This document shows, piece after piece, positions 23,918 through 39,629 of a stretch of DNA of 64,000 nt. Below the pieces are notes generated by a model. It did no database searches and had not been told where the DNA came from. It saw only the letters and a list, made by a program, of their open reading frames with translations. Each line of letters opens with the position of its first letter. Position 1 is the first letter of the stretch. The DNA comes from Piromyces finnis finn (Eukaryota; Fungi; Neocallimastigomycota). The stretch covers positions 744,001 to 808,000 of the forward strand of contig MCFH01000013.1 in the NCBI GenBank assembly GCA_002104945.1. The letters are read 5' to 3'. The translations under genes were made by a program, and so were the position numbers.

Positions 23918-26900
23918 AATGTATCTTTAATCTAATAAAGATAAAATATTGTTACTTTCAAGAATAATTTATTTTTTCTTCTTAAATAAACATTCAAAAA
24001 AATATATATATTTGAAAATATATGAAAAAGTTTAAAAAAACGTAACAAAAAAAAAAAAAGAAATTGTATTTCCTTTTATATAAAATTCTTTAATATAATA
24101 AATATACATTGGAATACTATTTTAAAAAAAAAGTTTTTTTTTTTTTAATAAAAATAAATGTATTTATTATAAATTAATATATATTATATTATACTATAAA
24201 TTTTGTCATATAATAAAAAAAATGTCTTTGCCAAATACAAAAGTAATACATTAAAAAAAAAACATAAAATAATAGATAATCAGATAGTAAATTAAAACGA
24301 TAATTTAAAAAATCTCTTGTTTTATTAGTTAAAAAAAAAATCTATTTGATTTATTATACATCACAATAAAATTAATTAATATATTTAAATAAGTGGCATA
24401 TATAATATTAATATATATATAGAATATAACACTTTATATTTATAAATCATAGAATAAATTAAAATAATTGAATTGATAATAATGTAATCTTAATAAATAT
24501 GATTTGTAAAAAAAAAATTAATTAAACCATACTTTAATATACTGTATAATACATTAAATATTTAATAAAAATTTTTTATAAATATTTACAATAATGTATT
24601 ACTAGAATTTTTTTAATGTTATAATATAAAGAATAGTATATCAAGTATATCATCCATTTTAATTTAGAATATATTATTGTATTTAATTTACTATATATTC
24701 TAATGTAATTAATATAAAGTAGAACAAATTTATATATAAATAAATAGTTTAGAAAACAATTAAAAGTTAAAGTTTTAATGGTATAAAAACAAACCCATTA
24801 ATATATAAAGAATATAGTAATAATATATTTATATCATTCTTAACCAATAAATATACTTTAGAAATGATGTCTTTCCTACAATAAATTATTCAATTTAAAA
24901 TTCAGCCAAAAAAAAGCTAACTATAACTATCTATTATTGTTTGAAAAATATAAACATTTTAATTATATAACTAATGCATACTATTATTATTTTGGATATA
25001 ATGAAATTTTAATTTTTTGGAATGGTATCCTCATTAAAACTGTAGTTGTTATTGCTATGAAAGGATATACAGATAGGATCTAAAAATTGCTTGATTTGTA
25101 AATGTAATAGATGTAAAATTGTAAAATATATACATAATTGATTAGTATATATGTACATATTCCCAGTTGAATATGAGTAATATATTAAATAAAGTAACAC
25201 TTCAAAAAAAAGGAAAGGTTTGAGATTTACCAACAAGTTTAATATTTTTATTCTTATAAATAAAGACTACAACCAAATATATAAAAGTTGAATAATTAAA
25301 ATATAAATGGCATAATCATATAAAAATTCTACACATTTTATATTCTTTGCTAAACTATACAATATTCTACAATTTAATATATATTATATATATTATATTA
25401 TATTATATCAAGACCTTCAATATAAAAAAAATTAAATAAATTTAACCAATAGTTTTTCACAAAAACAATATTAACATATTAAATGGATGGTATAATACAT
25501 TCAATACATTAATTAAATTTTCTGTATGTATAGTATTACTTTTATTATTCCATTCATATTGATAATATATAATTTTAAATATTAACTATAAAATAACAAG
25601 ATAAAATAAATATTATATTTATATTTTTATTTAGATAATAAATGATACTCAAGTAAAAGAAAAACTAAATAAATATATCATATATCATAATATATCAATA
25701 TATTACAAAAAAAAATGTATATTTTTACCTTTTCTAGTGATACCATATACCATAGCTATATCTTGAATTTAAAGTTACAGCGGAAAACTTTAAAACTTTA
25801 AAAGTTACAAATTATATTTTAAAATAAAATAAAAAAATAAAAATAAAAATGGTAATAAATTATATATAAAATCAAATTTATGAGTGTTTTTATTATTTGC
25901 TATTTTATAATCACTTAGATTTTTATTTTTTATGCTTTATAACAACTTAATATATACTTTATACTATCTTCAATAATTTACAAAAAATAAAAATCATAAA
26001 TAAAAAAAAAAAAAATAACAAATTTTTTAACCAAACAATTAATTATAATAATTTGGTAAATGTTCATTAAAAAGAAATTCCGTTCTATCTATTGTGTTTA
26101 TCACGTGATGTAAATAGTTGTAAAATGTATTCTGTGGAACCTAAATATTCTAAAATAATAAATAAGATGGCTGCTTTTTTTTATTAGATAATATAATACA
26201 ATCAAGAGTATAAAAAATAAAAAGTCTCTTTTTTATTCATGAAAAAATGTTATTGCTTCATTAGTACATTATTAATAATAAATTGTTCAGTTATTAGGGT
26301 AACAACACATTTAAAAGTAAATATATATTACTATCTTTGTAATTTGTAAAATATTTATCAATAGTTTATAAAGCATTAACCTTATTTCTTGCTATTATTA
26401 TTGGTTGCAAATTACCAAGTATTGCCTTTTAAATAAATTATATCCGATTTTCAAAAAAAAAATTATCAATTTATAAATATAAATAAATTTTATTAATATG
26501 TATAATGTTATAATAGATAATATATTTTAATATATATATATATTATTATTAACTAATATAATTTTATTATTTAATAATTTCATAAACTTTAAATAATAAT
26601 ATGTATATTTCCTTTTATTCAAAAAATACCAAACAACTTAAATACATTACATTAATTTTATTACATTATATTATCCAATAATACAATCAAGGAAGATTCA
26701 TTCACAATACAATATGCATTCATCAAATAACAAAGGAGAATAATAAATCATTTTGTGACTAATGAATTTATTAAAAGACTTTTTAATTAGGTTTACTGTA
26801 AAAATATGATAAAATGGATTAAGAAATATATATATATATATGTTTAAATAGATAGCATAATGATTTTTATTTAAATTATAATATGTTACAAAATAGAAAT

Positions 26901-28840
26901 AAATATAATTCAATTTCAGCTAACTGACAAATAATTACATATACAATTCATTTATTAAAACTTTATTTACAAGATTAGAATATTATTACTTTTTATAAAT
27001 AATAAACTTCAAAGATTTTCATATAATTAATTTGAAATAGAAATGGTTATATAAAAAATAATATTAGAAACCATTATTTAAATTGATAATATCATAATAT
27101 ATAATTTTAAAGTCAAAAAAATAAAATAAAATAAAAACATAGTTTAAAGATTAGTTTAAATAAACAAATTAAATTTAAAATTGAAATATTGGTTAAATTT
27201 CTAATTTCTAATACTTTTTGTTTAAATATTTTAATTTATTATTATTTTTTTTTCTTAAATTGAATTTAATGATATATCATTGGGTAGCATATAAAAAAAA
27301 ATAACAAGATAATATATATAATAAAAATTGAAAGTTAATAAATCATAAATAATAATAATAAAGTAAGAAATAATAATAATAAAAAGTAACCTTATATTAA
27401 TAGTGAGTTGGGTTTTTCATATTTCATTTTTGGAAATATTAAATTATATAAATATATAAAACTTATTTTGAAGGGGTTAGAATAATATCATTTTGCTTTT
27501 TATTTTATAATATTTATTTTTAATTTTAGCGAAATAAATTTAATTAATAAATAATTTTATTCACAAGGTTAACAAAGAAAAAAAGTTACATTGTAAATAT
27601 TACAGTTATATAATTAGATGTAAGGTTATGGGACCATATAAAATAAAATAAATAAAAACAACTATCTCTAAAACACGTAGATATTACTTTTACAACACTT
27701 TTAATACATATTTACATTTTTATAAGTTAATCACGTGTGTTCATAAATATATGATATAGGTGAATAAAATTATGTGTAAATTAATATTTTAAGGGTGAAA
27801 AAGTATTTAATTATTTTGTATTTAAATAAAATAATATTTTAATACATAATTGAATTTCAGTAATAATATTATGATTTATTTACTTATTTATTTATAGTAA
27901 TCCATATATCATTTTCCTATAAATCACCACCTTTCACATTATTAATTATAAACAAATTAACCTTTATATACATTTTATCATTATCAATTTAATTCTTGTA
28001 GAAAGTATTCAATATATATTTATTTTAATAATATTATTTGAATTCAATTTCCTTTTTGTGTTTATTTCTGTCATATCATTTGTGGTACTATCTATTATTT
28101 TTTGTTTATTTTATAATTATAATAATAAATAACATTAAAATAAAGAATAAAAAAGTATAATTATTATTTTTAATTCTTTTAAAGTATAATAAAATAAATT
28201 TGGAATTGTCTTACATATATAAATTCTAATAAAGAAAAGTAAAAGTTTATATTATACATATTGCATGTACATTGTTTTTGTATATTGTATTTTCATTATT
28301 ATAATTGATTTTTTTTTTTTTAATGATTAGTAAAAAGGAAAGTTATAATCTTTCTTGATTTTTAATTAAAATTTGATTTTTAATATTGAAAGAAGTTTTT
28401 GTTATAAAATAAAGTTTAATATTAGAATATTATTCAAAAACTTTTAACGTTGTTAATATAAATTTACCATGATCATATGGAATATGTATTTTAATGGTCA
28501 TGGTCTAATTGATAGGTGCTATATACAAAGTTAAATATATATATTCTGTATATATATGCATAAAATATAAAAATGGATTAAATTATGATTAAGCGATTAT
28601 TACTATTATTGTTGAAAAATATATAAATAAAAAAGATAATATATATTTTATTTTATTTATATTATTTTTTGTAAAAAAAAAATAGTTATACATTTTTATC
28701 TTTTTTTAAATAAATATTGTGTTTGTTTAATTAGATATATATTTTTATTCTATTGAATTTTTATAATATTGAAAAGAAATTATTTACATATAAAATACAA
28801 GTTAAATAGATATTATTAAAGAAATGTTATAGTTTTAATT

Positions 28841-31175
28841 TTAATTGACTAAACAATAATTTTTAATATGAGTATTTAAAGTGGTTATATGTGTATTATT
28901 ACTATTATTGTATAAAATATTTTTAGAAAGACAATAATTTTTAGAATTATTTTGATTTAAGAAATTACTATTATTTTCTTTAAAAGAATTTGCTATTGTA
29001 TATTTTTCGTTTTTTGGTGTAAATGAGTTTATATTATGAAATGGTATTTTATTATTTTTATCATAGGATAAATGATGTTCAAAATTAGAAGAAGGAATAA
29101 ACGGATTACCAATATTAATAAAATTGTTTTTTGTGATAGATAAAACAAAATTTTTAAATTTTTCATCTGAACCATCAGGATTTCTATGGAGGAATAAACA
29201 TTCATTTCCAAATGGACAACTATGAATATTATTAGGTCCTTTCTTTTCATAAAATCTACATGGAATTCTAGAGCAACGGCTTCTGAACCTTTCAATAATG
29301 TGACTTTTTAATGGTCCAGAATGACAGTAAATATCAGATGGGATAAAATGAAGAGAAATCTTTTGACATATAGGACATTTTCTTGTTAATTCTCTTGTTA
29401 CAGAATCAGTTCTTCTCCATATCTAATTTTATGCAAAAATAAATTTAAATATATAGTATAAAAAAAATTAGAGTTTTTAATTACAATATAAAAACAAAAA
29501 AATTAATTTCTTTTATAATATAATATATATGAAAATATTGATTTATTATATATCGTACCTTAATACAATCTAAGCAAAAGACATGATCACAATCAGCTTA
29601 AAATTTAAAATTAGGTTAATAATATAAAAATTTATGTAAAAATTAATATAATTATTATATATTATAATTATATTATTATTATTATTATTATTGTTTCATT
29701 ATTTATTTCATACTTAATAGACCAAATTGTTTAGGATAGGACAAACAAATAGAACAAACAAGAATATCTTTTTTAAATATTTGTGTAAAATTTCCTTGTG
29801 TCATACTTTTATAAGATAAATTTAAAATTTCAGCAAAATTTTGTGAAGGGCTTTTATAACTATTATATAATAAATTTCCATTCCTATTTTGTGTATAAGA
29901 TATGCTTAATTCATTATTTTTATTATTTAATTTAGATTTACACCTATAAAATCCACCGGTAGAACTCTTGTAAATATAATATTCTTCATCTTCTTCATCT
30001 TCTTCTATATTAAGATATGGTAATTGAAAATGTTCAGGAGATAAAATATTTTTATTAATATCATTATTTTGATTAAACAATGAAGTTTGAGAAGAAAGTA
30101 AATGATTATTGCTTTGTTTTTCATCACCCTTATCAAGAGTATTCATCATCATATTGTTACTAACTAAAGGAGATGTAGTATTCATATTCAAGATTTTATT
30201 AGAACCATAAGATTTATTCATTTTTGAATCTTCATTATATTCATTAAATAAAGATACCGAGTGACTGTTGTATAGTTTTTCTTGAAGAGAAGAATCCATA
30301 TCAATATCATTTTTTTTATCATAATTATAACATGGTAATAATTTAGATGGAGAAGAGGAATTAATAGAATTATAATTTTTGTTAAATAATTTTGAAGAAG
30401 TAAATATAGTAGAACCGAGAGAGTCATTTCTGTTTTTTTCTTCATTATTGATATCATTGATATCGATATAATTACAGTTTGTTTGTTGTGTGTTATAAAT
30501 ATTTTTAAAATTAGTTTTTAAAGAATCTTCTGGTAAATATTTGTTATTTAATTCATTATTTAACATTTCATGTTTTAATGATGAATTAAAATCGTTTCCA
30601 ATTAATGGAGATGGAAGATCTATTGCTGGCATAATGAGATCAGATCCTTGAAGTAAAATATTTGAATTTTTTATTAAAGGGTTGCAATTAATTGGAACAC
30701 GAGAATGATAAAGAGATGGGTTTGATATAGCATTATTTATTTTCTTTGGTCCCGAGGGAGATAAAAAAGATTTATTACTATTTTCAATTTCATTTAAACT
30801 ATTAATTTCTAATGTTTCATATATTTGATTTAAAGGTTCTTCTTTTTTCTGAAATGACATAAGATTACTACTAATAATATCTGAATTAAAAAGAGAATAG
30901 TAACTGTTTTTGTTATCATTAGATGATTTTAAAATAGAATTTTGATATGATTCATCTTTATTAAATGGTTTACTGTTGGGAATAGAATTATCCACCAATA
31001 ATTTTTCAGAAACCTTAATATTTTTATTAAAGTTTATTTCTTCCAATGGATCCTTACAAAATAAAAGTGAGGAGCACATTCCAACAGAATTATCAAGGTC
31101 ATCTGGAAGGGAATCCATAGAAGTAGGAGAATCTGTATTATGAGGATGATTATTTAAAGTAATAGGGTTTTCCAT
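28841..31175 (-). CDS. Makorin-like RING (C3HC4) plus C-terminal CCCH zinc-finger E3 ligase with a long Asn/Ser-rich N-terminus; 3 exons
   Basis: Exons 31175-29714, 29596-29559, 29422-28841. Spliced: CSICLSYPKQFGLLTDCDHVFCLDCIKIWRR...RKCPICQKISLHFIPSDIY...IPCRFYEKKG...SCPFGNECLFLHRNPDG, the makorin C-terminal signature. Confidence 0.85.
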
Positions 31176-32719
31176 GGTTTATAAATTTTTATTATATATG
31201 TATATATTTTTTTTTATTAATAATAAAATATTTAAAATTTATTATATATATTTGATTTATAAAAATTTTCTAATAAATCTCTAAGTAATAAATTGATGCT
31301 GATATCTTATATATCAAAATTAATTTTTAATTAATTTTTGTATTTTTTAAAATTTTATAAACTTTTAGTAAAAATAAAAAAAAAAAAAAAAAAAAAAAGA
31401 GAAAACTATTAACAAAAAATATTTTTTTTTTAAAAAAGATATTAATAAGTATTTACAATAATTTTTATTTTTTTATACACAAATTAAAATACTATAATTA
31501 AGAGTAAAAATTTCTCAATTTATATTATTTTCATTGAAAGGCTATTTTCGATATAGTGTCAAAATTATAAAGTGGTAATAATACCAATCAATATTAATTA
31601 TGATATTCTGTCATTTATTTAATTAAAGAGATTATTTTTAACATTTTATCATTATGCCAATTTAAGTATTATTGAAATTATTATTTCTAAAAATTTCTTT
31701 TTTTCTTTCTTGATTTTTTTAATGAATTTGACACTTTTTAATATATTATTTTATTTATTTTGACACAAGTCATATCAAAAGTGATTTGATTATTAATTAT
31801 TTTTAATAAATGAATAAATGTATTATTTAAAAAAATAGTACCATTTTAAATATATAAAAGTTAACATTTTATTAAATATAGTTTATAAAAAAGTATATTT
31901 ATGATTAATGAATTAATTTAATATTATTTTCAATCCTAAACTTTATAACTAATATATCTCTAATAACATTTTTTAATGGATTAAAAAATAAAATTAATTA
32001 TTTTGTTATAATATTGTATTAATTACTGTTTGTTTGATGTATTATACATATTTTATATTAAATAAAAAAAATCTAATATTTATATTAAATAAAATTATTA
32101 TATATCTATTTTTTCATTTTATAGTTTTTATTTTTATAGTTTTAGTTAATACATATATTATATTAGTCAAATAAAATTTTAGCCTAAAAACTAAATAGAA
32201 TAATAAACTATAAACAAAAAAGAGTTTTTTATTAATTTTTTAATTTTTTGAATATTAATAAAGTTTTTTTTTTTAATAGTAAAATTTTATTTAATATATT
32301 AATGCTTTAATTATATATTATCATTGATTTTGTCGAAATTTTATAGTTCATTAGAATTATTATTTTATTTTATTTTTTATGATAAATTCCATTATAATAA
32401 AAATAAAAATACCGTCAAAATATATTATAATAAAAAAACTCAAGAAAAACATTATAATAAATAATATTAAAAAATTATATATATTTGATATATTGTTATT
32501 TCTTTATTATAAAGAGGCAATAAATTTATATTTAAAAGTGAGACCTTTTCGTAATAATAACAATAAAAATAATTGGATTATACCTATTTTATTTAATACT
32601 TGTTTTATTTTTTAAATAAATAAATAAATATTGATTTTCTATAGCATAACATTATTTTCTATAATTAATTAATAAAGAGGACATTATTATTGAAGAATTC
32701 CATAAATAAATAATATTAA

Positions 32720-35700
32720 ATGGGAAATCTTCAATCTGTATTAGAAGAGGAATTTAAAGGTTTTCCTTTAACCTTCAAACAATATGACAAGCCAAGTAAT
32801 CATTTTATATATAAATTATTTGAAATAAATATGCAATATATTTTGATAATATATGAAATATAATATAAAACATTATAATATTAATAAATAATTTTAATTT
32901 TTATTAATATATTGTCATATGAAATTATAAACTATCAAAATTCGTATTTGTATTAATTAAACATTTATAAAAACAAACAAAAAATATAATATTGAAATGC
33001 AATATAATTTGGGGGTTATTAATGAATATTATATGTGAAAATGGGAAATCAATGAATTTTTAGTAAAAATAAAAAAAATCGAAATTATATATTCTAAAGA
33101 CTCAGAAAATAAAAAATATACTATAGAAATTGAAAAAGAAAATGAATTAAAACTTATTTTTGGTGATAATGAATATTCTTTCGATAAAAAGTCTACAAAT
33201 TTTCAAAATTCAAAATTTCATTTAGCTCAATATTTATCAACTTTTGAAGAATCAGCAAAAAACAATAATATATCGAAATCAATACCAAAAGATGTATATC
33301 TTGCTATCGATGAAATAGATTTTTCTTTTAAATTTACTATACAAACTCATAAATCATCTAAAACAAAAACATTAACATGCTGTAATGTTGGAACAATGAT
33401 TGATTTAAATGATTTAATTGGCACTAAATTTCATGAAAATCCGAATATTCAAAGATTTTCAAATGTTAGTATTGTACATTTAAACCCAATAGAAAATGCA
33501 CAAAGTAAAAAAGGCTATAATATATATGAATGGACTTGGAAATATGTTCCTCCATCAGTTGCAAAAGATGTAGCTTATCCTGGAAATGGTGGTTGGAAGA
33601 ACTTTTGCTGTGTAAGATTTATAAAAATAATATATATATTTATTAATAGTATTGTTTCATGATTCCGAAATTTCTATTTAATTGAATATTAAAATATCTT
33701 TTTTCTTTAAAAAAATTAATATATAAAATGGAAAAAGTTATTAATTTTAAAATTTATTTTTAATATATTCAATTATATATTTATTTAATGATAAAAAGTT
33801 TGTGGAATATGATGCAAATTCAAATCAATTCTTTTTCCATAAAGGATTTCATTTTTGGACAGCTTGTAATAATATATATCTATATAGTAATATATAATTA
33901 TTATTGAGATACACATTAATTCTAATTATCTTTTGTATTATGATTGCATTATATAATATACTTATATATACATTATCAATTTAAATAATAAAAATACATC
34001 TTTTTTAAAAATGAAACAATTAATAAAAATAATAAAAATAAAAATTAATAAAGGTCCAAGTCCAAGCCCAAATAGTACAACAAGTAGTACTGTTTCAACA
34101 CCAATTCAAGCAGTCGAAACAATAAATAGAAAATATAGTATAAATGTTGGAGTAATTGATACATCACAACCAAATCAAATACAAAATGAACATGGAATAA
34201 AAGATGATGATTCTAGAATATATAGAAAACATAGTAAAAAAGCAAGTTTTAGTTCGTATAAACCGAAAGAAAACTCAGTAGATGAAATAAATAGAAATTT
34301 CTCGGAAATTGAATCTGAATTTACTACACTTAATGTATCAAATTCAACTTCACATCCATTTAGGAAATCACATAATGCTCAATTATCATTAGATATAAAT
34401 ATAAATAGAAATTACGATTCTTTTATGTTAAATTCTTCCTTAATTACCTCTCATACTACAGGAAATGTTTATAGCTCAATTTCAAGCCCACCTATTAATA
34501 GTATTCAAAATTCTGGAGTTACAATTGATAATCATAACCTATTACCTCAAGTGACCTTAAATAATAATTTATTACTACCATCAAATAACACCGACAGTAC
34601 ATATTCAGATTACAATTATGAAGAACTAATGTTCGATGGACCTGTAAGAAAAAAAAACAATATTACTTAGTATAAAATAATTAATTTCTAATTAATAATT
34701 AATATATATATATGTCATTATAATAAACATATATATAAATATTAAAAATTATATTAGGTTTTCAGAGATACTATCAATGATTTAGAAAAGAAAATTTTAA
34801 TATTAAAAAATAGTCTTAAAGTTGCTATAAAACAAGCTGAATTATATGTAGAAAATGCAAGAGCTTCAAATGAGATAGAAAAACAATTTATGAATTGTTT
34901 AATAAATATCCCAGCATTTGATGTAATTATTAAAAACTACATTGAAAAATCAAAAACATTAGTCTCACATATCAATGAAAATTATCTTACACGTTTAGAA
35001 AATTTATTAATAGTACCATTACGTGAAATGTAAATAAAAACTATTAAAGAATAATTATTATGATGTATCTTAACAAAATCTTAAAATAATGATCTTAAGA
35101 GTATAATATTGATTTTTTAATTATTAATATTAATATAATATATAATATAAATATTGATAGATATACAAATGATTTTAAACTGCTAGATACTATGAAAAAA
35201 GATTTTGAACAGGAAAGTAATGAATATTATTCAATTCTTTCGAAATATTTAAGTTGTAAATATGATGAACATCCAAAAAAGAAAGCAGAATTAGATAGTA
35301 AATTGTCAAATAAAAAGCAAACATTTGATTTAAATCGCTTTGATTATTTAACCTATTTATTGGAATTAAATGAAGGTCAAAAAGCTCATTCTATTTCGTT
35401 TGCTGTAAATACATTTTTATCAAAACAGTATTCACATTATCAACAACTTTCTAATAAATTCATGGAATTAAAGCCAAATTTAGATGAAATGGATAAATTT
35501 ATTATTGACTCAACAAAGTCAAAACACGTCATACTAAAAGAGCGTCAAGAAAGAAGGAAGACATATGAACATAAAAAAGAAAATGGAAAAGGATGTAATA
35601 GTACACCTACAAGTTTAGATGAAATAAATAAATCTGATAACCCAAAATCAAAGTTTAAAGGTATCCGTGATTTATATCATCAAAATAATTCTGAAGATGA

Positions 35701-37819
35701 ATCATCTCAAACAGATGAAATGAAAGTAATTAATAAATAAAATATTAATTTTTTTTAAATCTTGATATTTATATATTTGAGTGATTGTTATAGTTATTTA
35801 CATTTATTTCTTTTAAAAAATAAATTAATGAAAAAATAATAATAATTTATATAAATTATGAAGGGTTTTCTTTTTTCACCAGTTACTAATAATTCTGGAA
35901 TAAATAAGACAACAAAAGAAAATAATTGGAAGATGCTTTGGTGTGTTATAAAGAATGGTCACTTTTATGGTAATTTATTTTTACTATATATTCTTTTATA
36001 TTTAATAAAATATTATAAAAGAAATATATATTAACTTTTTTTATTTAAAAGAATATAATAATTGGAAAACTCAAAAATCAACAATATCCAATGTATTAAA
36101 TATCCAGTTTTGTACAGTAAGAGAAGCAAGAAATATTGAAAAGCGACGTTTTTGTTTTGAACTTGTTGGTCCTCAAATAAATAAAAAAATATACCAAGCT
36201 ACTAGCGAGAAAGAATTAAATAAATGGATTAATACAATTCAAAATTCAATAGAAGGTCAATTGAAAAATAATGTATTTTCTGATGCTAAAAATCTTTCTT
36301 CTAATAATAATGATGAATCAAATGCTCAATTATTAGAAATGTTCTATCAAAATCCTTCAAATAAAAATTGTGCTGATTGTGGTGCTAAAAATCCTGAATG
36401 GTGCTCAATTAATCTTGGATGTATACTTTGTATAGGTAATAAGTTAATATAGTGAAAAAAAATTATTGGACTTTTAAAATAAAATAGAATTATTTAATTT
36501 AATAATAAATATATTAAGATATAAAATATTTATATTGATTAATATATAATTATTCCATATTAAAAAAAAGATTGCTCAGGTATACATCGATCGTTGGGTA
36601 CACATATAACCAAGATTAGATCATTGACTCTTGATACAGTATCTTGGACAAAACAAATGCAATGTATGATTATTACATTAGGTAATCAAATGTCAAATAC
36701 AGTATGGGAAGCAACGTTAGAAAGCTCAGGGGATGTAAAACCAATACCATCGGATTCTCGAGAAAAAAAGGAAGCATACATTAGAAAAAAGTATATTAAT
36801 AAAGCCTATGTAGATAAAACAGATTTTCCAAAAGTTCCAATTGAACAAAATAAATATATTTGCAAAGAATTATATAATTCCATAACCTCATTAAATATAA
36901 TGAAAATTATTCAGTGCATTGCATTAGGTGCAAATAATAAATGCTTATCTGATGAAAATTATGAATCAAGAATAATTTCAGCACTATCAATAATATGTAA
37001 ATACCCTCCTCCCATTTTTACAGAAACTTCATCAAGTAATAACAATAATGAGAATGATATTCGGGAAGATCAAAATATAATAAATGATTCATCATTTTTA
37101 TGTGAAAATAGTAAAAGAATAAGTTCGATATTATATAAAGAAAATTCAATTAACGAAAAGCATAGTGATTTTATTCAAAGATATTCTCATAGTCATAATC
37201 CAAGTAGCAGTAGTTATAATAGCTATCAGTCATTTAGTACAACAATTCAAAGTACTTCTTGTAATGATAATATTCCTAATCATGATTCTAAACTCGAAAA
37301 TGATTCAATATCAGTGAAATTAAATAATGATTTCTCATTTCAAGACCAGAGAATTAATCATCTTCTAGTAGTTTCTGTACTAGAGCTTATATTCCAAAAT
37401 TTTAATATTATTAATTCCCCTGACGATATTGAATTAGACAAAAACATTCATCACCCTATTCTTTTCACTAAAAGTTTACAACCTATTCCAACCATTACTA
37501 TTCCTAAGAGAACATTATTACATTATGCTGCTCTAATGGTGGATCCAGAAAGAGTTTCATATTTCATTCAAAAAGGTGCTAATCCACTAGAAAAGGTAAG
37601 AAATTCAATTATAATAATTAGATTTATAATTTATTTTATATTAACCTATTTATGTAATTCATTTATTAGGATAAATATGAATTAACACCACTAGATATAT
37701 TAAGAAAAGCTAAAATAGAATGGAGATTATTAAATAATTATCCAAGTGATACTGATTTCAGTACATGTGAAGAATATTTAAATAATGCAATTGAGAAATC
37801 AAAAAAAAACAATCCATGA
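32720..37819 (+). CDS. Fungal centaurin-type ArfGAP (N-terminal domain, BAR, PH, ArfGAP, ankyrin-like end; S. pombe Csx2/Cnt5/Cnt6-like); ~10 exons
   Basis: MGNLQS start (myristoylation-type); FHENPNI...YEWTWKYVPP...GGWKNFCC|FVEYD...FHFW; DGP|VFRDTI (BAR); GFLFS...WKMLWCVIKNG, RRFCFEL, YQATSEKELNKW (PH); CADCGAKNPEWCSINLGCILCI|DCSGIHRSLGTHITKIRSLTLD (ArfGAP); TLLHYAA...GANP|DKYELTPLD; stop at 37817-37819. Confidence 0.9.
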
Positions 37820-38386
37820 AAAAATCAATTATCATAATATATTTAAACTGAATACCTAAAATAAAAATAATTATCAATCAAAATTGTATATACATGAATT
37901 TATACATGTATTATTCAATATAAAACAACTTAAAACTTTACCATATCATTTGTATAAATAATAAACGTATAATAAACAATTAATAAACTTTTTTTTTTTT
38001 TTATAAGTTTTTATGTCTTTTTATATTTAATTTTTTATATTTTTTAATACATATATACATATGCCATATGTTTAAAATAGTGAAATTAAAATTTAAATTT
38101 TTTATAATATAGAAATATTATTAAAATACCTTAATACTATTAATAATATATTAATAAAATATATATTATATTTAAAACAATAATAAATCATACAGAATAT
38201 CAGACTTTAAATTTTTAGCTTTTAAAAATATAAAAAAATAAATATTAAAAGAAATTGAATTTCTAAATGGTTATTTATATATTGTGTTAATAATTATTTA
38301 GTATATATATATACCTACATATTTTTTTGAAAATAAAATATATATATCTTTTGGCTTTATTTAATATTATCGAAATATAAGATAAA

Positions 38387-39523
38387 ATGTCACTTTCACG
38401 AACTTATATGTCATCCTCTGTTTTTCAAACATGTTTAACCCATGCTTTTTCTACTGAAAGAGAAGAAGTAATGCATTATTAAAAAGTAATAAAGATTAAA
38501 AAAGAGTCGAAAATTGATTATTAATAAACAAATATATAATTTCTTCCTTTTTTTCCCTCCTCATTTCTTTTGAAAAGATTATGGGATTATTACTGGGGAG
38601 ATGGACAAAAGTTAAGGAAAAAGATGTTGCATATATTGAAGCAATTTCAATTAGTAGAAGATTAGATAAATTAAAAGATAGAGTTGAAATTTCACCAGAG
38701 CAATTAATGCATGCTATGAATGAGGTTAATTATCCAAGTACTTAATATTTACTATATATTTGTACTATAAAAAATAATACTTTATTTATAATCAATAAAA
38801 TAGGGTGAAAAATTAAAATTAAATGTCATTGGTTGGTATCATTCACATCCTCATTTAATGTAAGAAATATTTAAAAATAAATACTTTTTTAAAATTTAAA
38901 TAAACAATGTATTTATGTACTATTTATTTCATATCATTTTTTTTTTTATTCAGTGTATCACCATCAACTGTTGGTAAGAAATATAATACTGAAAATTTTT
39001 TAGAAACCAAACGAGAATATTAATTTTTAACATTCCAAAATGTATATTTTTATTAATAATGAATATATGAAAAAACAACAATAATAAAGATTTAAGAACT
39101 CAATTAAATATGGTAATTAATTTATTAATACATAAAAAGTTAATAACATTTATTTGTTAAAAATATATAAAATTATTGTATTTGATATTTTTACAGCAAA
39201 CTTTGGATCATCGTTTTTTTGGAATTATTTTTTCTTGCTTTAACCAGGAAGATAATGTATTTAAATACAAAATAAACAATAATTAAAAATATTTTTAAGA
39301 TTACTCGTAAGTACTCATTTATATATATAAATATCCTAATTAAAATATAGGTTCAAAGACTCAACATTACATGCTTTCAATCCTCCTTAATAGACTCTTG
39401 GTAATAATAATAAACATAATAAACATAATAAACATAATAAACATAATAAATATAATAATAATAATAATAATAAACATAATAATAATAAACATAATAAACA
39501 TAATAATAATAATAATAATAAAC

Positions 39524-39582
<59 letters not shown>

Positions 39583-39583
39583 C

Positions 39584-39629
<46 letters not shown>

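Noticed and set aside
26290-26303. RFX X-box-like GTTATTAGGGTAAC (and GTTACCGTTCAGTAAAC at ~4031)
   Set aside because: Imperfect matches and not next to the ciliary dynein gene; no X-box seen upstream of DNAH2.
26100-26460. Point-centromere idea (CDEI-like ATCACGTG followed by AT-rich DNA)
   Set aside because: No CDEIII-like element at the expected ~80-bp distance, and point centromeres of this type are a budding-yeast feature.
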